Source: Phaeosaccion multiseriatum (lineage: Eukaryota; Protista; Ochrophyta, other classes). Taken from it: a DNA stretch of 64,000 nucleotides. The stretch covers positions 2,604,001 to 2,668,000 of the forward strand of contig OZ218960.1 of the NCBI GenBank assembly GCA_965112735.1, given 5' to 3'. The position numbers and the translations under genes are program-made. Every line of letters starts with the position of its first letter. The first letter of the stretch is position 1. Below the pieces are notes generated by a model that saw nothing but the letters and a program-made list of their open reading frames with translations, searched no databases and was not told the DNA's origin. Positions 12,089 through 23,505 of this stretch are shown here, piece after piece.

Positions 12089-14280
12089 ATGCTGCCACGA
12101 CGTGTAGCAGCAGCGGCAGTAGGGACGACAGGACGGGGAGGAGGACGAGGAGGAGCGGCCAGACGGGGAGGAGGCCTGCTCCTGCAGCACAGATGGAGAG
12201 CATGCCTCCTGTCAACTCTGAGAAGCGGTGGTATTAGCGCCAGGAGCGAGGTGGAGGAGAGCAGTCGCGCCTGGAGGAAGCCCAGCAGCTACAGAGTGCT
12301 CAAAAGACACCTCTCTATCACTTCCACCAGCTCCCCCGACTTCTTCGGGGGTGGCCAGGGCCAGGCCTCCTCTGGGGTAGACGACGCATTTTGCTCTTCA
12401 GGGGAGGTGTTTGAGCATGTGGCGAACCTCAAGCGCCTTCGCCCCGGTGATCAGATAAAAGTGCCATACGAAGTCAGCGTCTCAGAGGCGATGCGTGACT
12501 TTTGGCAGGCCTCCTTCTACAGCCATGACCGCATCAACACATCCACGCCCTTCTCTCGGGCCATGGGCTTCCAAGATCAGGTTTCTGGACTTCAAAGGGA
12601 AGGCAGCCCCACTGCGTGTTCCATGGTCGGGCTGGTGCCCACCCACCCACTCACATACCCACCCTCCCACCCACCACTCACGACTTACCGGTTCGTTCGC
12701 CTAAGAGATGCGCTGCTCACTCCTCCTCCTACGCCCCTTCCCCTGTCGCGTGGTGCTTTATTGCCTGTGTGTCGTGTGTGTGTGTGTGTGGATGCTCCAA
12801 CCAAAGGTGCTTCCCTTTGGTCTGGTGCTCTTCCTCGTCGGGGCCATGAGTCACGGTGACGAGGTGTTATTGTCCCATCGAGGAGCCAGCTACCTTTGGC
12901 CGGCCTTCGCGGGAGATACGTTCACGCGAGTATTCCGAGTCAAGGCAAGTGGGGATATGGTTGAGTGGGGGAGGCATGACGAGGGTGGGGCAGGAGGAAA
13001 GGAAGGTCCACAGCTTCGTCACTCATCTGGTTTGGTTGCTTTCAAGAAGTGTCGTCTCTCTCTCTCTCTCTTACCTCTCTCACACACACTCTCTCTCCCT
13101 CTCTCTCTCCCAACACACACACACATATATATATATATACATTCACTAACACTCACACACCAAACGTTGACATGCACAGAGTCTTCGGACAACATCCTCC
13201 GGCAAGAGCAGTTCCATCACCTTCCTTTGTGAGCTCGTCAACCAAAGAGGCAGGGTGTGCTTCCGCTGCGACAAGGAGATGATCTTCCCCTTTGTGGTGC
13301 CGCCCTCGGACAACGTGTGGGAACAGGCTCCTCCTCCCAACCACGACCAGCCGCAACAGAAGCAGCAGGAGCCTAACAGTGCTGCTGCTGGTGGTGGTGG
13401 TGGTGGTGGTGGTGGTGGTGGTGGTGGTGGTGGTGGTGGTGTATCACCAACTTCTGCACCGGATGGGGACGGGTGCTCTCAATTGGGCAAGCATCTCTTG
13501 ACCAAGAGCTCCAAACTCATGGAGTTGGGGGGACAGTCCTTAAAGGTACGCAGCAGCAGCAGCAGCAGCAGCAGTTGGTGATACAGCAGTAGCAAGCACG
13601 AGTATCCTAAGCTTGCTTTCTAACCTTCTTAACCCCCACCCCCCTCCCTTCCTCCCTCCCTACACCCGTCCCTCCCCTCCCCTCCCCTCCTCTCCTCTTC
13701 CCTTCCCCAGCGCTTGAAGGCTGGCCAACTCATTCTCCACGAGCACATGCGTCCCTTGTCGCTCAGCACATCAATGAGCCTCTCCTCCCTCGCTCGCCTC
13801 GCACACCCCAAACACTTCAACACCTTCCGCTACGAGCCGACCGAGCTTGTGGTCCCAGGCGGTCTGGTGCTTGGCCTAGCCACCTCGCTGGCCAGCAGAG
13901 ACCTGCATGAAGTTTTGCATGAGTACATGAGTGAGGCGAGTTACCTCAACCCCTTCCATCCCGGGGACGATTCGGCTGGTGACGTCATGTCAGCCGTTAC
14001 ATTTGTGCATTCCGTGGAAGGGCATGTGGAGGGTGTACTGGAACGGGTGCGTCTCAAGACCATCGGCGTAAAGAACGTCGACATGGTCGAATTGCTGCGA
14101 GGGAGGGAGAAGGGGCTGCCTCTTGCCTTACTCAATGCCATTGGGAATCGACTCACGACGAGGGAGGTGGAAGCCATTTGTAAGGATGCGGGCCTGCCGG
14201 AGTTGGAGGGCAAAATTGTGGTGGTGGCTGATCGAACGGTGCTGCGCCACGCCGCACATGAGGACATGTTCCTACTGTAG
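12089..14280 (+). CDS. Double hot-dog MaoC-family acyl-CoA hydratase/dehydratase (mesaconyl-CoA hydratase-like), predicted mitochondrial
   Basis: Exons 12089-12580, 12807-12944 (GC donor), 13180-13545, 13711-14280. Arg/Ser/Gly-rich N-terminus with no acidic residues in the first ~50 aa. Hot-dog motifs SHDRINTSTPFSRAMGF, YLWPAFAGDT, LVNQRG, HPKHFN, LVVPGGLVLGLA, YLNPFHPGD. Confidence 0.72.
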
Positions 14281-14911
14281 CTAAGGAGTGGGGGTTATTT
14301 CATGCTGTGAAGAGGAGGGAGTGGGAGGGAGATGCCAGGGAGGGGAGGGGGGACACTGCTCTGCTCCTGCTCCCCTCCTTCCCCTTCCTCCCTCTCTGCA
14401 AGCATCAACACTGCTCCCTCTCTCTCTCTCTCCTCTCTCCCTCCCTTTCTAGCAGCCAGGGCACTGTTTCTGCTATTACAAAGAGGAGGGGAGGGAGGGA
14501 GGGAGGGCGAGAGCAGAAATGGTGTCTTGCAATGTATGTATGTTGTATGTATGTAGCTGTGTGGTACTTACGTAAGTAATATGTACGATGGCAAGGCAAG
14601 AGAGATACAGCGATGGTGTACAGAGGGCTCATGCCATACAGAGAGAAAAAAGACTGGAGGAATGGGGAAGGCGGCAATAGAGAAGGAAGACTGGAGGGAT
14701 GGGTGGTGGTCAGGAGCGAGCGTGCGGAGACGTTCGGTAGAGTGGCACAGGTGCACAGCGCTACAATTTCCTCTCTCTTTCCTTTCAAATTTTTTTGAAC
14801 AATTGTAATTACTCTTCCTTTACTGCAGCAAAGCCTTGCGCTGCCTGGGCAGGTGTGGCCCTGGAAACAAAATTCTGCGCCCCTCCTTGCTGACGCTCTC
14901 GGGCCGAGAGC

Positions 14912-14943
<32 letters not shown>

Positions 14944-15095
14944 AGTATGTACGGAGCAGACAGAAACCGCTCCTATAGCTCTATCACTCTCCCGTTCACA
15001 TACATAGTTTTGTCCCAAATCGAGACCGATGTCGAAGCGAGATTCAAGGAGCCAAGCTAAGCAGTCGAAATCGACATCGACATTCGTGTGTTGCG

Positions 15096-15575
15096 CTATG
15101 CCCGGCCTTGGTCTCGGACTCTGTTGAGTGCGTTGTGTACGTCAGCAACAAAGAGCAGCGGACCTTTGCCAATCGAGGCCTGCACTCCTGCTCCACCGTT
15201 GTTCGGGATGGAGGCCAAGGTTGAGCCTGCCTGCTTGAGAGGACAAGAGAGAGGGTAGGTGGGGGGATTGGAGTGGAGATGAGAGGGGCGAGGGAGAGAG
15301 AGTGAGAGGGAGGGGGAAGGGGGAGGTGGGGAGTGAGAGAGTGCCTGACGGAGTGGCGGAGGAGACGGAAGGGAGAGGGGGTTGAGGTGGGATTTATGTG
15401 TTGTGGGGGCTTGCTGGCTTGCTTGCTTGCTTGCTTTACCTCTCCAGTGCGCTGCTTCCACAGCCCCTCTCGGATTTCCAGGGCGGCATGCACCACTTCT
15501 AAACAAGTTCGAGCCGAGCCAGATCGCTGAGGCAAAGAGCGAGAGATGGATAGAGATAGATTGATAGAGAGAGAC

Positions 15576-15622
<47 letters not shown>

Positions 15623-17293
15623 AGAGACAGAGAGCGAGGGGGGGAAGGGAGGGGAGAGAGGGAGAGGGAGGGGGAGAGGGAGAGGGAGAGGGAGAGTGAG
15701 TGAGAGCGGAGGGGGGGAGGAAGACACGATAAGAGACTCCATGATCGAGAGGAGAGAGGAGCAGGGAGAGAGATACAGCAACCCTTGTTGACTTACGTGA
15801 GCCACGGCCTGTACACACGCATCGATCGCCGCGCCCTCTGCCGTCACCAGCACACCGCCCGCTGCCCCGCACCTCTTGGCGGGAAAGGGGTCGTTCCCAG
15901 GGGGGGGCACAGCCGAGTCGAACGCTCCGAGAACGGTGCTCAGAATGTTCTTGAGCTGGAGGGCGGAGTAGGGGAGGAACCCCAGCACGGGGGGGATACT
16001 CGTTGCGCCAAGGCCGCTGCTGCTGCTGCTACTGCTGGTGCTGGTGCTGGTGCTGGTGCTGGTGCTGCTGCTACTGCTACTGCTGCTGCTGCTACTGCTG
16101 CTGCTCATCTGGCTGAGCATACCTCGCAGTCGAAAGGCCTGCGGCAGTGGGAGGGAGGCGAGTGGGGGTGGGGATGATGTTCACGAGGGCATGGGGGCGG
16201 CGTGTGTGGGTGGCGGGGAGAAAGAGGGTAGAGGGAGGAGGAGGAGGAGGAGGAGGAGGAGGAGGAGGAGGAGGAGGAGGAGGAGGAGGAGGAGGAGGAG
16301 GAGGAGGAGGAGAAGGAGGAGGAGGAGGAGGAGGAGGAGGAGGAGGAGGAGGAGGAGGAGGAGGAGGAGGAGGAGGAGGAGGAGGAGGAGGAGGAGGAGG
16401 AGGAGGAGGAGGAGGAGGAGGAGGAGGAGGAGGAGGAGGAGGAGGAGGAGGAGGAGGAGGAGGAGGAGGAGGAGGAGGAGGAGGAGGAGGAGGAGGAGGA
16501 GGAGGAGGAGGAGGAGGAGGAGGAGGAGGAGGAGGAGGAGGAGGAGGAGGAGGAGGAGGAGGAGGAGGAGGAGGAGGAGGAGGAGGAGGAGGAGGAGGAG
16601 GAGGAGGAGGAGGAGGAGGAGGAGGAGGAGGAGGAGGAGGAGGAGGAGGAGGAGGAGGAGGAGGAGGAGGAGGAGAAGAAGAAGGAGAAGCACCTACACC
16701 CACACACCTACACCTACACCTACCTGATCCATACTGGTGGTGGAGCACAGAAGGAGGAGGGGCGGCATGGGCCGGGTGGCGGTTTCGAAGAGGAGGCGCA
16801 GCGACTCGTCCGAGAAGTGCTGCATGTCCTGCAGAGGGGAGGGGAGGGAGGGAGGGGGAGTGGATTGACTGGCTTAGGTCGGGATTGAAATGGGGGATCC
16901 GGGTCCTCCTCCTCCGCCTCCTCCTCCTCCTCCTCCTCCTCCTCCCCCTCCTGATCCTCCTCCTCCTCCTCCTGATCCTCCTCCTCCTCCTCCTCCTCCT
17001 CCTCCTCCTGATCCCCCTCCTGATCCTCCTCCTCCTCCTGATCCTCCTCCTCCTCCTGATCCTCCTCCTCCTCCTCCTCCTTCTCCTCCCCCTCCTCCTC
17101 CTCCTCCTCCACCTCGCCGCTCACCTCCAGCACCACACAGCTGAGCCGCTCCTCATCCGTTACGAGCTCCAACTGCCGCGCCGCCGCCACACCACTCAGC
17201 GCCTCGGCCCGCCGCCCCCCGAGCACACAAGTCAACACACGACCAAAGACGCACCCTACCTCCTCCTCTGCTCTTCTGCTGACACTACTACTA

Positions 17294-17367
<74 letters not shown>

Positions 17368-17700
17368 GGTACTGCTACTACTATTTCTACTACCACTACT
17401 ACTGCCGCTGCTACTGCTGCTTGTGATGCTGCTGCTGGTACCGCCAGTAGTAGCGGGTGCGATGGGCGGGTCGAGGGAGGATCGGCGTTGGTTGTCGTGG
17501 TGATAATCGCCAGTTGTGACTCGGCATTGCCGGAGCTCTCTCGGAGCGTTCTGCAGGGCCGAGGAGACGACGCTGGTCTTCCCCGTGCCTGACGGGCCGG
17601 CGAGGATCAACATTCCGCCTCTCCATGCTTGTCTGTGTGGAGGGCACACCCACGCCACCGCACCACGGTATGCCCAGGGGTATGGAACAGAAAGGCGTAG

Positions 17701-17733
<33 letters not shown>

Positions 17734-18859
17734 GAGAGAGACAGAGCAAGAGAGAGAGAGACACACACACAGAGAGTGAGAGACAGAGAGAGAGAGAGAC
17801 AGGGACGGAGAGAGAGAACGAGAAAGGGTCAGAGGAATCGATCAGCCTCAGTATCATGGCCCACCTGCCCACCCACCCACCCATCCACCCATCCACCTAC
17901 CCACGCAACACCCACCTGTTTCTTCGGAAGCGCTGGTGCTCGTCGTGTAAGAAGCTTCCGACGGCGTTGACTTCTTGCTCCTTCCCCACCACCCCCACCG
18001 AGCAGGAAACGCAGGAGGCGGAAGAGGCAAAGCCACGATGCGGGGTGGCGGGGGAACGGAGAGCGCAGCAGGAGGAGCAAGTGGAGGAGTGGGAGAAGGA
18101 GGAGGAGGAGGGGGGGGGGGGGAGGAAGAAGATAGAGAGGGAGTCGAAGCTCCTCCTCCTCGTGTGTGACCACACATTGGCGACGACGACCCTCTTGAAG
18201 CGGAACACACAGAAGGTGATGCTGCCGCTACCGCTGCTGCTGCTGATGCTGATGATGGCGCAGCTGCTGTATCACCAACTGATGCGGACGTCGCTGTCTG
18301 TGGTGGGGGTGGCGGTGGTTGAGGCTGAAGTTGAGTGGTTCTAGCAGAGAGAGTTCTCTTGAGTTTGAGCTGTAGGGCCCGCGAACGCCGCAGCAGACCA
18401 TCCATGTGCGCCGCCTCCTGTTGCCGCTGAATCACCAACTGCTGTTGCTGTAGTTGTTTCTGTTTCTGCTGCTCTTGCTCACCCCCTCCACCCCCACATC
18501 CTCCTCCTCCTCCTCCTCCCCCTCCCATGGCCAATTTCACGTTGCTCTGCTGCTGGTTCTGATAGATCTTCATTTGCTGCTGCTGCCTGAGCTTCTTCTT
18601 CAGCTGCCCACCCGGCGAGAGTAAGGTAGGTCCCTCCTGCTGCCCCGAGGGTCCGTAAGGCTGGGCTCCGCACCCGCCTCGCAGCATGGCCACCATCGAG
18701 TGGCCCCGCTTCCGAGGAAAGACAAGCAGGGAGTTTGGGTTTGCGTTTGAGTTTGCGGACGGGGTGGATAACGTAGCCTCGCCCCCACCCCCGCCAGCGG
18801 CAGAAGGAACGCCCCCCGGGGAAGGTGAGACGCCCATACTCACTCGTCCAGTAGAAGCC

Positions 18860-18901
<42 letters not shown>

Positions 18902-19166
18902 CTAGGGGAAGTGGCAGCAGTAGCGGCAGTCATATGGGCAGCCGGAGGCGAAGACGGAGTGTTCAGAGAGAGGCTCGCTCGGGGGGGCTGAGGAGAGGGA
19001 GGCGGGGTGGCACGGGGAGGGGGCACAAGCAGTACACTCAGGCCCCTTGCGGCTCGCTGCTGCTGCAGTTTGGAGCACTGGACAGAGTGCTGCTTCTCCA
19101 CTCGCTCCACGCGCTCCTGCGCTGCCCCGCTGGTCGTGGTGGTGGTGGTGGTGGTGGTGGTGGTTG

Positions 19167-19204
<38 letters not shown>

Positions 19205-20280
19205 TCTGTTGTGAGCCTACTGCCACCGATGCTGCTGTCATCCGTACTCGCGTTGCTTTCATCTGCGATTTTGCTGCTGCAGGGCGTGAGGCTATCGCCA
19301 TTGCGAATGCCCGCAGCTGTGGCCTTGCTGGCGCTGTTGCTGCTCCGCTTTACCCCAGGCCCCTCTCTCGGCTGCTTGCATGGGCCGCCCAGTAGGAGGA
19401 TCTGGGCCGAGGAGGTGCGGGGCTGACTCGTGGGCGGCGTGGATGGCTCCCTCTCCCTCTGCGCCTCGGCCCCGAAGGTCACCTTCTGCTTCTCCTCCTG
19501 CTCCTGCTGCTGCTGCTGCTGCTGCTGCTTCTGCTGCTGGTGTATCACCAACTGCTGCTGCTGCTGCTGCTGCTCTTCTGCCCCCTGCTCTTGTGGCTCC
19601 TGCTCTTGTGGCTCCTGCTCTTGTGGCTCCTGCTCTTGTGGCTCCTGTTCGTCGAAAAGGCCCCCGGCGGAGCACTCCAGCTGCGTGGCTTCCAGCAGTG
19701 CCATCTCCTCCAAGTCTTCCGCTTCATCTTCCTCCACCTGCTGTATCACCAACTGCGGTGGGTGGGGCCCAGGCTCGCCAAGAAGGGCAGAGAAAGAGCC
19801 CTCCCCCCCCCCGCCCCTCTTACCCCCCTCTACTGAACTAAGAAACACACCGTCGTCGCCAGCGTCGTCGCCTGTATCGCCAACATGCCCATCTACCTCA
19901 GCAGAGTCCTCCGCCGACGCAGTAGTACCCGAGCGCGTCGCTGCTGCCTTTGGGGGGCTCTTCTCACCGCTCAGATCCAGTACCAGCCCCAGTGCCCCGG
20001 AGGACCCTGCTGGCAGGTTCCCTCTCTCCTCCCCCCCCTCGTGCTGCCGCCGCAGCAGCGGGTCATCGGTGCATCCTGTCCTCCTCCTCGTCCTTCTCTT
20101 CTTCTCCCTCGACTCGGAAGCCTTCTTGCCCTCCTCCTGCTCTTCCTCCTCTGCCTCCTCTTTCCACTCCTCCTGTTGCGCCTGCTCCTGCTCCACCACC
20201 TCCTCCTCCTGCTCCTCCTCCTGCCGCTGCTCCTCCACCACCATCAACACCTCCTCCTCCGCCTCCTCCTCCGCCTCCTC

Positions 20281-20318
<38 letters not shown>

Positions 20319-21119
20319 GCTCCTCTTCCTCCCCCCCTCCCTCCCCCTCCTCCTCCTCCTCCTCCTGCTCCGCCTCCCCCTCGGAGCTGTGCTGACTACC
20401 GTCGTCAATCTGTGGGGCACTGCGAATCAAGGATGGTGTCACAGGGGTGCCACTCAGCAGCTTCCTCGCCCTGCTGATGGCCCCCAGCATCACACCTGGA
20501 GAGGATACCTGCACGTAAAGAGGTAGAGGAACAACGAGTGCGCGAGCAGTAGAAAGTGGGCAGTGTTCAGGCAAGATGAGACGCACGCGCGTCGTCTACG
20601 TCGCGTGGGAGAGGACTGAATTAAAGGGTGGGGGCACTGGGGCGCAGGGTGGCAATAGTAGCACCAGGGGAGTGAGATACAGATGCTCACCAACTGCCTT
20701 CGAAGCCGTTCCTCGTTGTCAATGTAGTGAAGAATCGTGCTCGCTCTCTGGAAGACCCATCGGCAGGGGTCGTTGAGCAGCAGCACCGGTACTTCAGGCC
20801 CTGACTCCCCCCCTTGCTGCTCTTGCCCCCTCCTTGCTCCCCCTCTTGCTCTCTTGGCTGAGTTGCCCTTCGCGCTCTTGGCCTTGGTCTTGGCCCTGCC
20901 CTGCCTCAATGCCTTGCCCCCTCCTGCCGCACTCGCCACCGCTGCGTGACGAGCCGCTCGAGCCAAGTCCTCAGACAAGACGCCGAGTTCCTCGGCTGTC
21001 CTGTGGCTAAACATGGCGATCGCCGGCCAATAAAAGCCCTTTGGACTGTTGGAGTGCCGGAAAGACGCAAGGTCAAGACACCAAACCAAAAATCCCTTCA
21101 CTGGTTCTCCCTGGGGCAT
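15096..21119 (-). CDS. Cdc6/Orc1-like AAA+ ATPase with N-terminal PWWP-like domain and long low-complexity linker
   Basis: Exons 21119-20691, 20508-17916 (frame change near G13 at 18110-18122), 17632-17125, 16828-16724, 16138-15797, 15526-15440, 15230-15096. PWWP-like LVWCL...YWPAI...GAISRARK. Cdc6-type VVGKEQEVNAVGSFL, Walker A LILAGPSGTGKTS, Walker B-like CVVLED, and lid motifs FLPYSALQLKNIL, AAIDACVQAVA, SGSARTCLEV. Confidence 0.7.
16234..16675 (+). repeat. About 440-bp near-perfect (GGA)n tract, intronic
   Basis: Fills most of the intron between exons 16724 and 16138 of the Cdc6-like gene; one GAA interruption. Confidence 0.97.
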
Positions 21120-21426
21120 AGGGACAACTTCGATCAATCTCTTTTCCCTCCTCGCTCCGCCTCTTTTCCCCTTCGATGAAGGCAACTGTCGAGGAGAAAA
21201 AAAAAGATTTGAGATTTGAAATCGGTGAATCAACTCAAGAAAAAATCGAATACATCGATTCCTCTTTCGATGTCTCATGTCTCATATCCCCCACGGTGCC
21301 TTGAGGGCCGCCCAAGGCAAGACAGTTCAAGAAATAAGTCAACTACGGCTAGTCGAAACCAGCCTTTGGTAAGGTAAAAGGGCAGTCTCTGGTTCTTCCT
21401 TGTTGATTAAAAGGAAGTACGTAATC

Positions 21427-21869
21427 TTACGCCGTCCGCAAGATAATATGCACTCCGGACTCCGTCTCTACAATATCGCTCACCCCCCACAGCGGCAGAG
21501 CGAAGGATGCGTCCTCAAACGGCTTCTGCATCTTACCCCTTCCGAAACGTCCCAAATTGCCCCCCTTTTTGGCGCTGCTGCAGTCCGAGAACTCCCTTGC
21601 TAGCTTATCAAACAATCGGGGCCCCCCTGTACCTGGTGCCGTTGCCTGGACTCGGAGAGCCTTGAGCTCAGCAATGGCGTCCTCCTTACTGCGCTTCTTG
21701 ATCACCTCATCGCCCGTTGGGTCTCTCCAGCTGGCGGGTCGGCGGCTGTGCTTGTGCTTCAGGAGGATGTGACTGGCCCTCACCTCTCTAAGCTCGGCTC
21801 CTGCTGCCGCCCCCCCCCCTGCCCCTGCTGCTGGCGCTCCTCCTGCTGGTGATGGTGGTGCTACTCGTT

Positions 21870-21909
<40 letters not shown>

Positions 21910-23505
21910 GGTTGGTGGTGGTGGGACTACTGCATCACCCCCCCCTCCTCCTCCGTTCGACTCCTGGCCGCGCCTAGTCTCTTGGTCACGATCCCGCTCA
22001 CGGTCTCTGTCTCGAACAGGAAGCTCTCGATCCCGCACAGGAAAATCTCTACCCCCTCCTCTGCCCCGCTCCCTGCTCCTACTCCTACTCCTTCGATCTC
22101 TGCTCCTGCTTCGGCTCCTCCAGCCACCACCTCTAGCGCCTCTAGCCCTGCTGTCCCGATCTCTGCTATCACTTCTGCTGCTCCTACCGCCATTACTCCT
22201 ACACCCCCTGCTGCCGTTCTCCCAGTCCCTGCTGTCACCTCTACCCCCCCTACCGTCCCGTTCCCTGCTGCCCTCCCGCCCTCTTCTGGTGCCATCCCTG
22301 CCATCTCCGTCTCTGCTACTGCGGTCCCTTCTACCATCTGAGTGCCCCCCTCTCCCTCCTCCTCCTCCTCCTCCTCCTCCTCCTCCTCGAGGGGGGTGAT
22401 CAAACTTGCAAGTCATTCCTCGCCGACAGAGACCCGTCCGCTGATAGTGTAGACACCGCTCCGCCTCGGGCCTTCGAGGATGCTGTACTAGCCCCTGCTC
22501 GTCCTCCTTGTTCCTTTGCTCCACCGTCACGTGTCGATATTTGCACGCATCCCCGTAAGTGCAGCTGCCTGTGGTCATAAACATATCGCAGTGGGGAAGT
22601 CCGAGGATGATATGCTGCAGTTTTGGGTCGCCCGCCGCCTCTCGCTGCTTGTGTTGGTCCCACTCTTCCGGATTCGAGTCGCTGAGACTGTAAGCGCCAC
22701 CGCCGCTACCACCACCCCCACCACCGCCACTGGTACCACCGGCCTTTGCGATGTGCTTGAAGCGGCAGGAGTCGCCGTACTTGCAACTCCCGTGTCGATT
22801 GTACTCCCGGCACTCGACCTCCAGGCGTTGTTGTTGATGTTGAGACTCCTGCTGCTGCGCGCCGCGTTGTCCATTCACATCTACCGCGGAAGTGTTGTGC
22901 TGTTGCCCCACGTAAAGAGGCGCCTGCTGCGACCCCGGTGGACCTCCTCCTCCTCCTCCTCCTCCTCCTCCTCCTGCCCTGCCGCCGCCCCCACGTGGTG
23001 GGGGGAGAGCGTTGAGTAGCGCTTCCTTGCCGAGCGGCCCACCCGGTCCCGGATGGGAAAAGGGTCGGATGACCCCGTCTGGCCCATAAGTGACTCCGCT
23101 ACAGCTCGTAACAAGCGAGCCGAGCGGGGGGGCGAGGAACTGAGCCTGTTGAGGGGGAAAGCTCTGCTGAAATTGCTGCTGCTGCTGCGGTGCCGGCTGC
23201 TGGTATTGATGAGACTGTTGCTGAGGCTGCTGAGGCTGCTGAGCCTGCTGAGGCTGCTGTGGCTGTGGCTGAGCTTGAGACGGCGGGTAGTAGAGGGGGG
23301 GTGGATGCTGAAGCTGCGCGGGTGCTTGAGCCTGCTGATGCTGATGCTGAAGCTGCTGTGGTGGAGGCTGCCCCTGAGAAGCGGCCTGCTGTGGCGGATG
23401 TTGCTGCTGTAGCTGTTGTGGTGGTTGCTGCAGCTGGTGCGCCTGCAGCTGCTGCTGCTGCTGGGCAGGGGGTTGAGGCTGATAGATCATTTGGACCCCC
23501 TCCAT
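21427..23505 (-). CDS. Q/P-rich + 3x CCCH zinc finger + RS-domain + Pin1-type parvulin prolyl isomerase fusion (single exon)
   Basis: Continuous ORF, open upstream to 23904; ATG chosen at MEGVQM (23505). Three C-x8-C-x5-C-x3-H fingers (CREYNRHGSCKYGDSCRFKH, CDMFMTTGSCTYGDACKYRH, CLHYQRTGLCRRGMTCKFDH), RS/RD repeats, and a C-terminal Pin1 PPIase VRASHILLKHKHSRRPASWR...SDCSSAKKGGNLGRFGRGKMQKPFEDASF...SGVHIILRTA. Confidence 0.9.

Noticed and set aside
16038-17592. Long poly-G/P/R/L/S ORFs in the six-frame track (also 2363-2780, 2736-4041, 31743-32253 and others)
   Set aside because: Stop-free frames produced by triplet and dinucleotide microsatellites, mostly intronic or antisense to real exons.
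18110-18122. Frame change in the Cdc6-like gene
   Set aside because: It coincides with a G13 run, so a homopolymer-length error (or an unseen small intron) is more likely than recoding.
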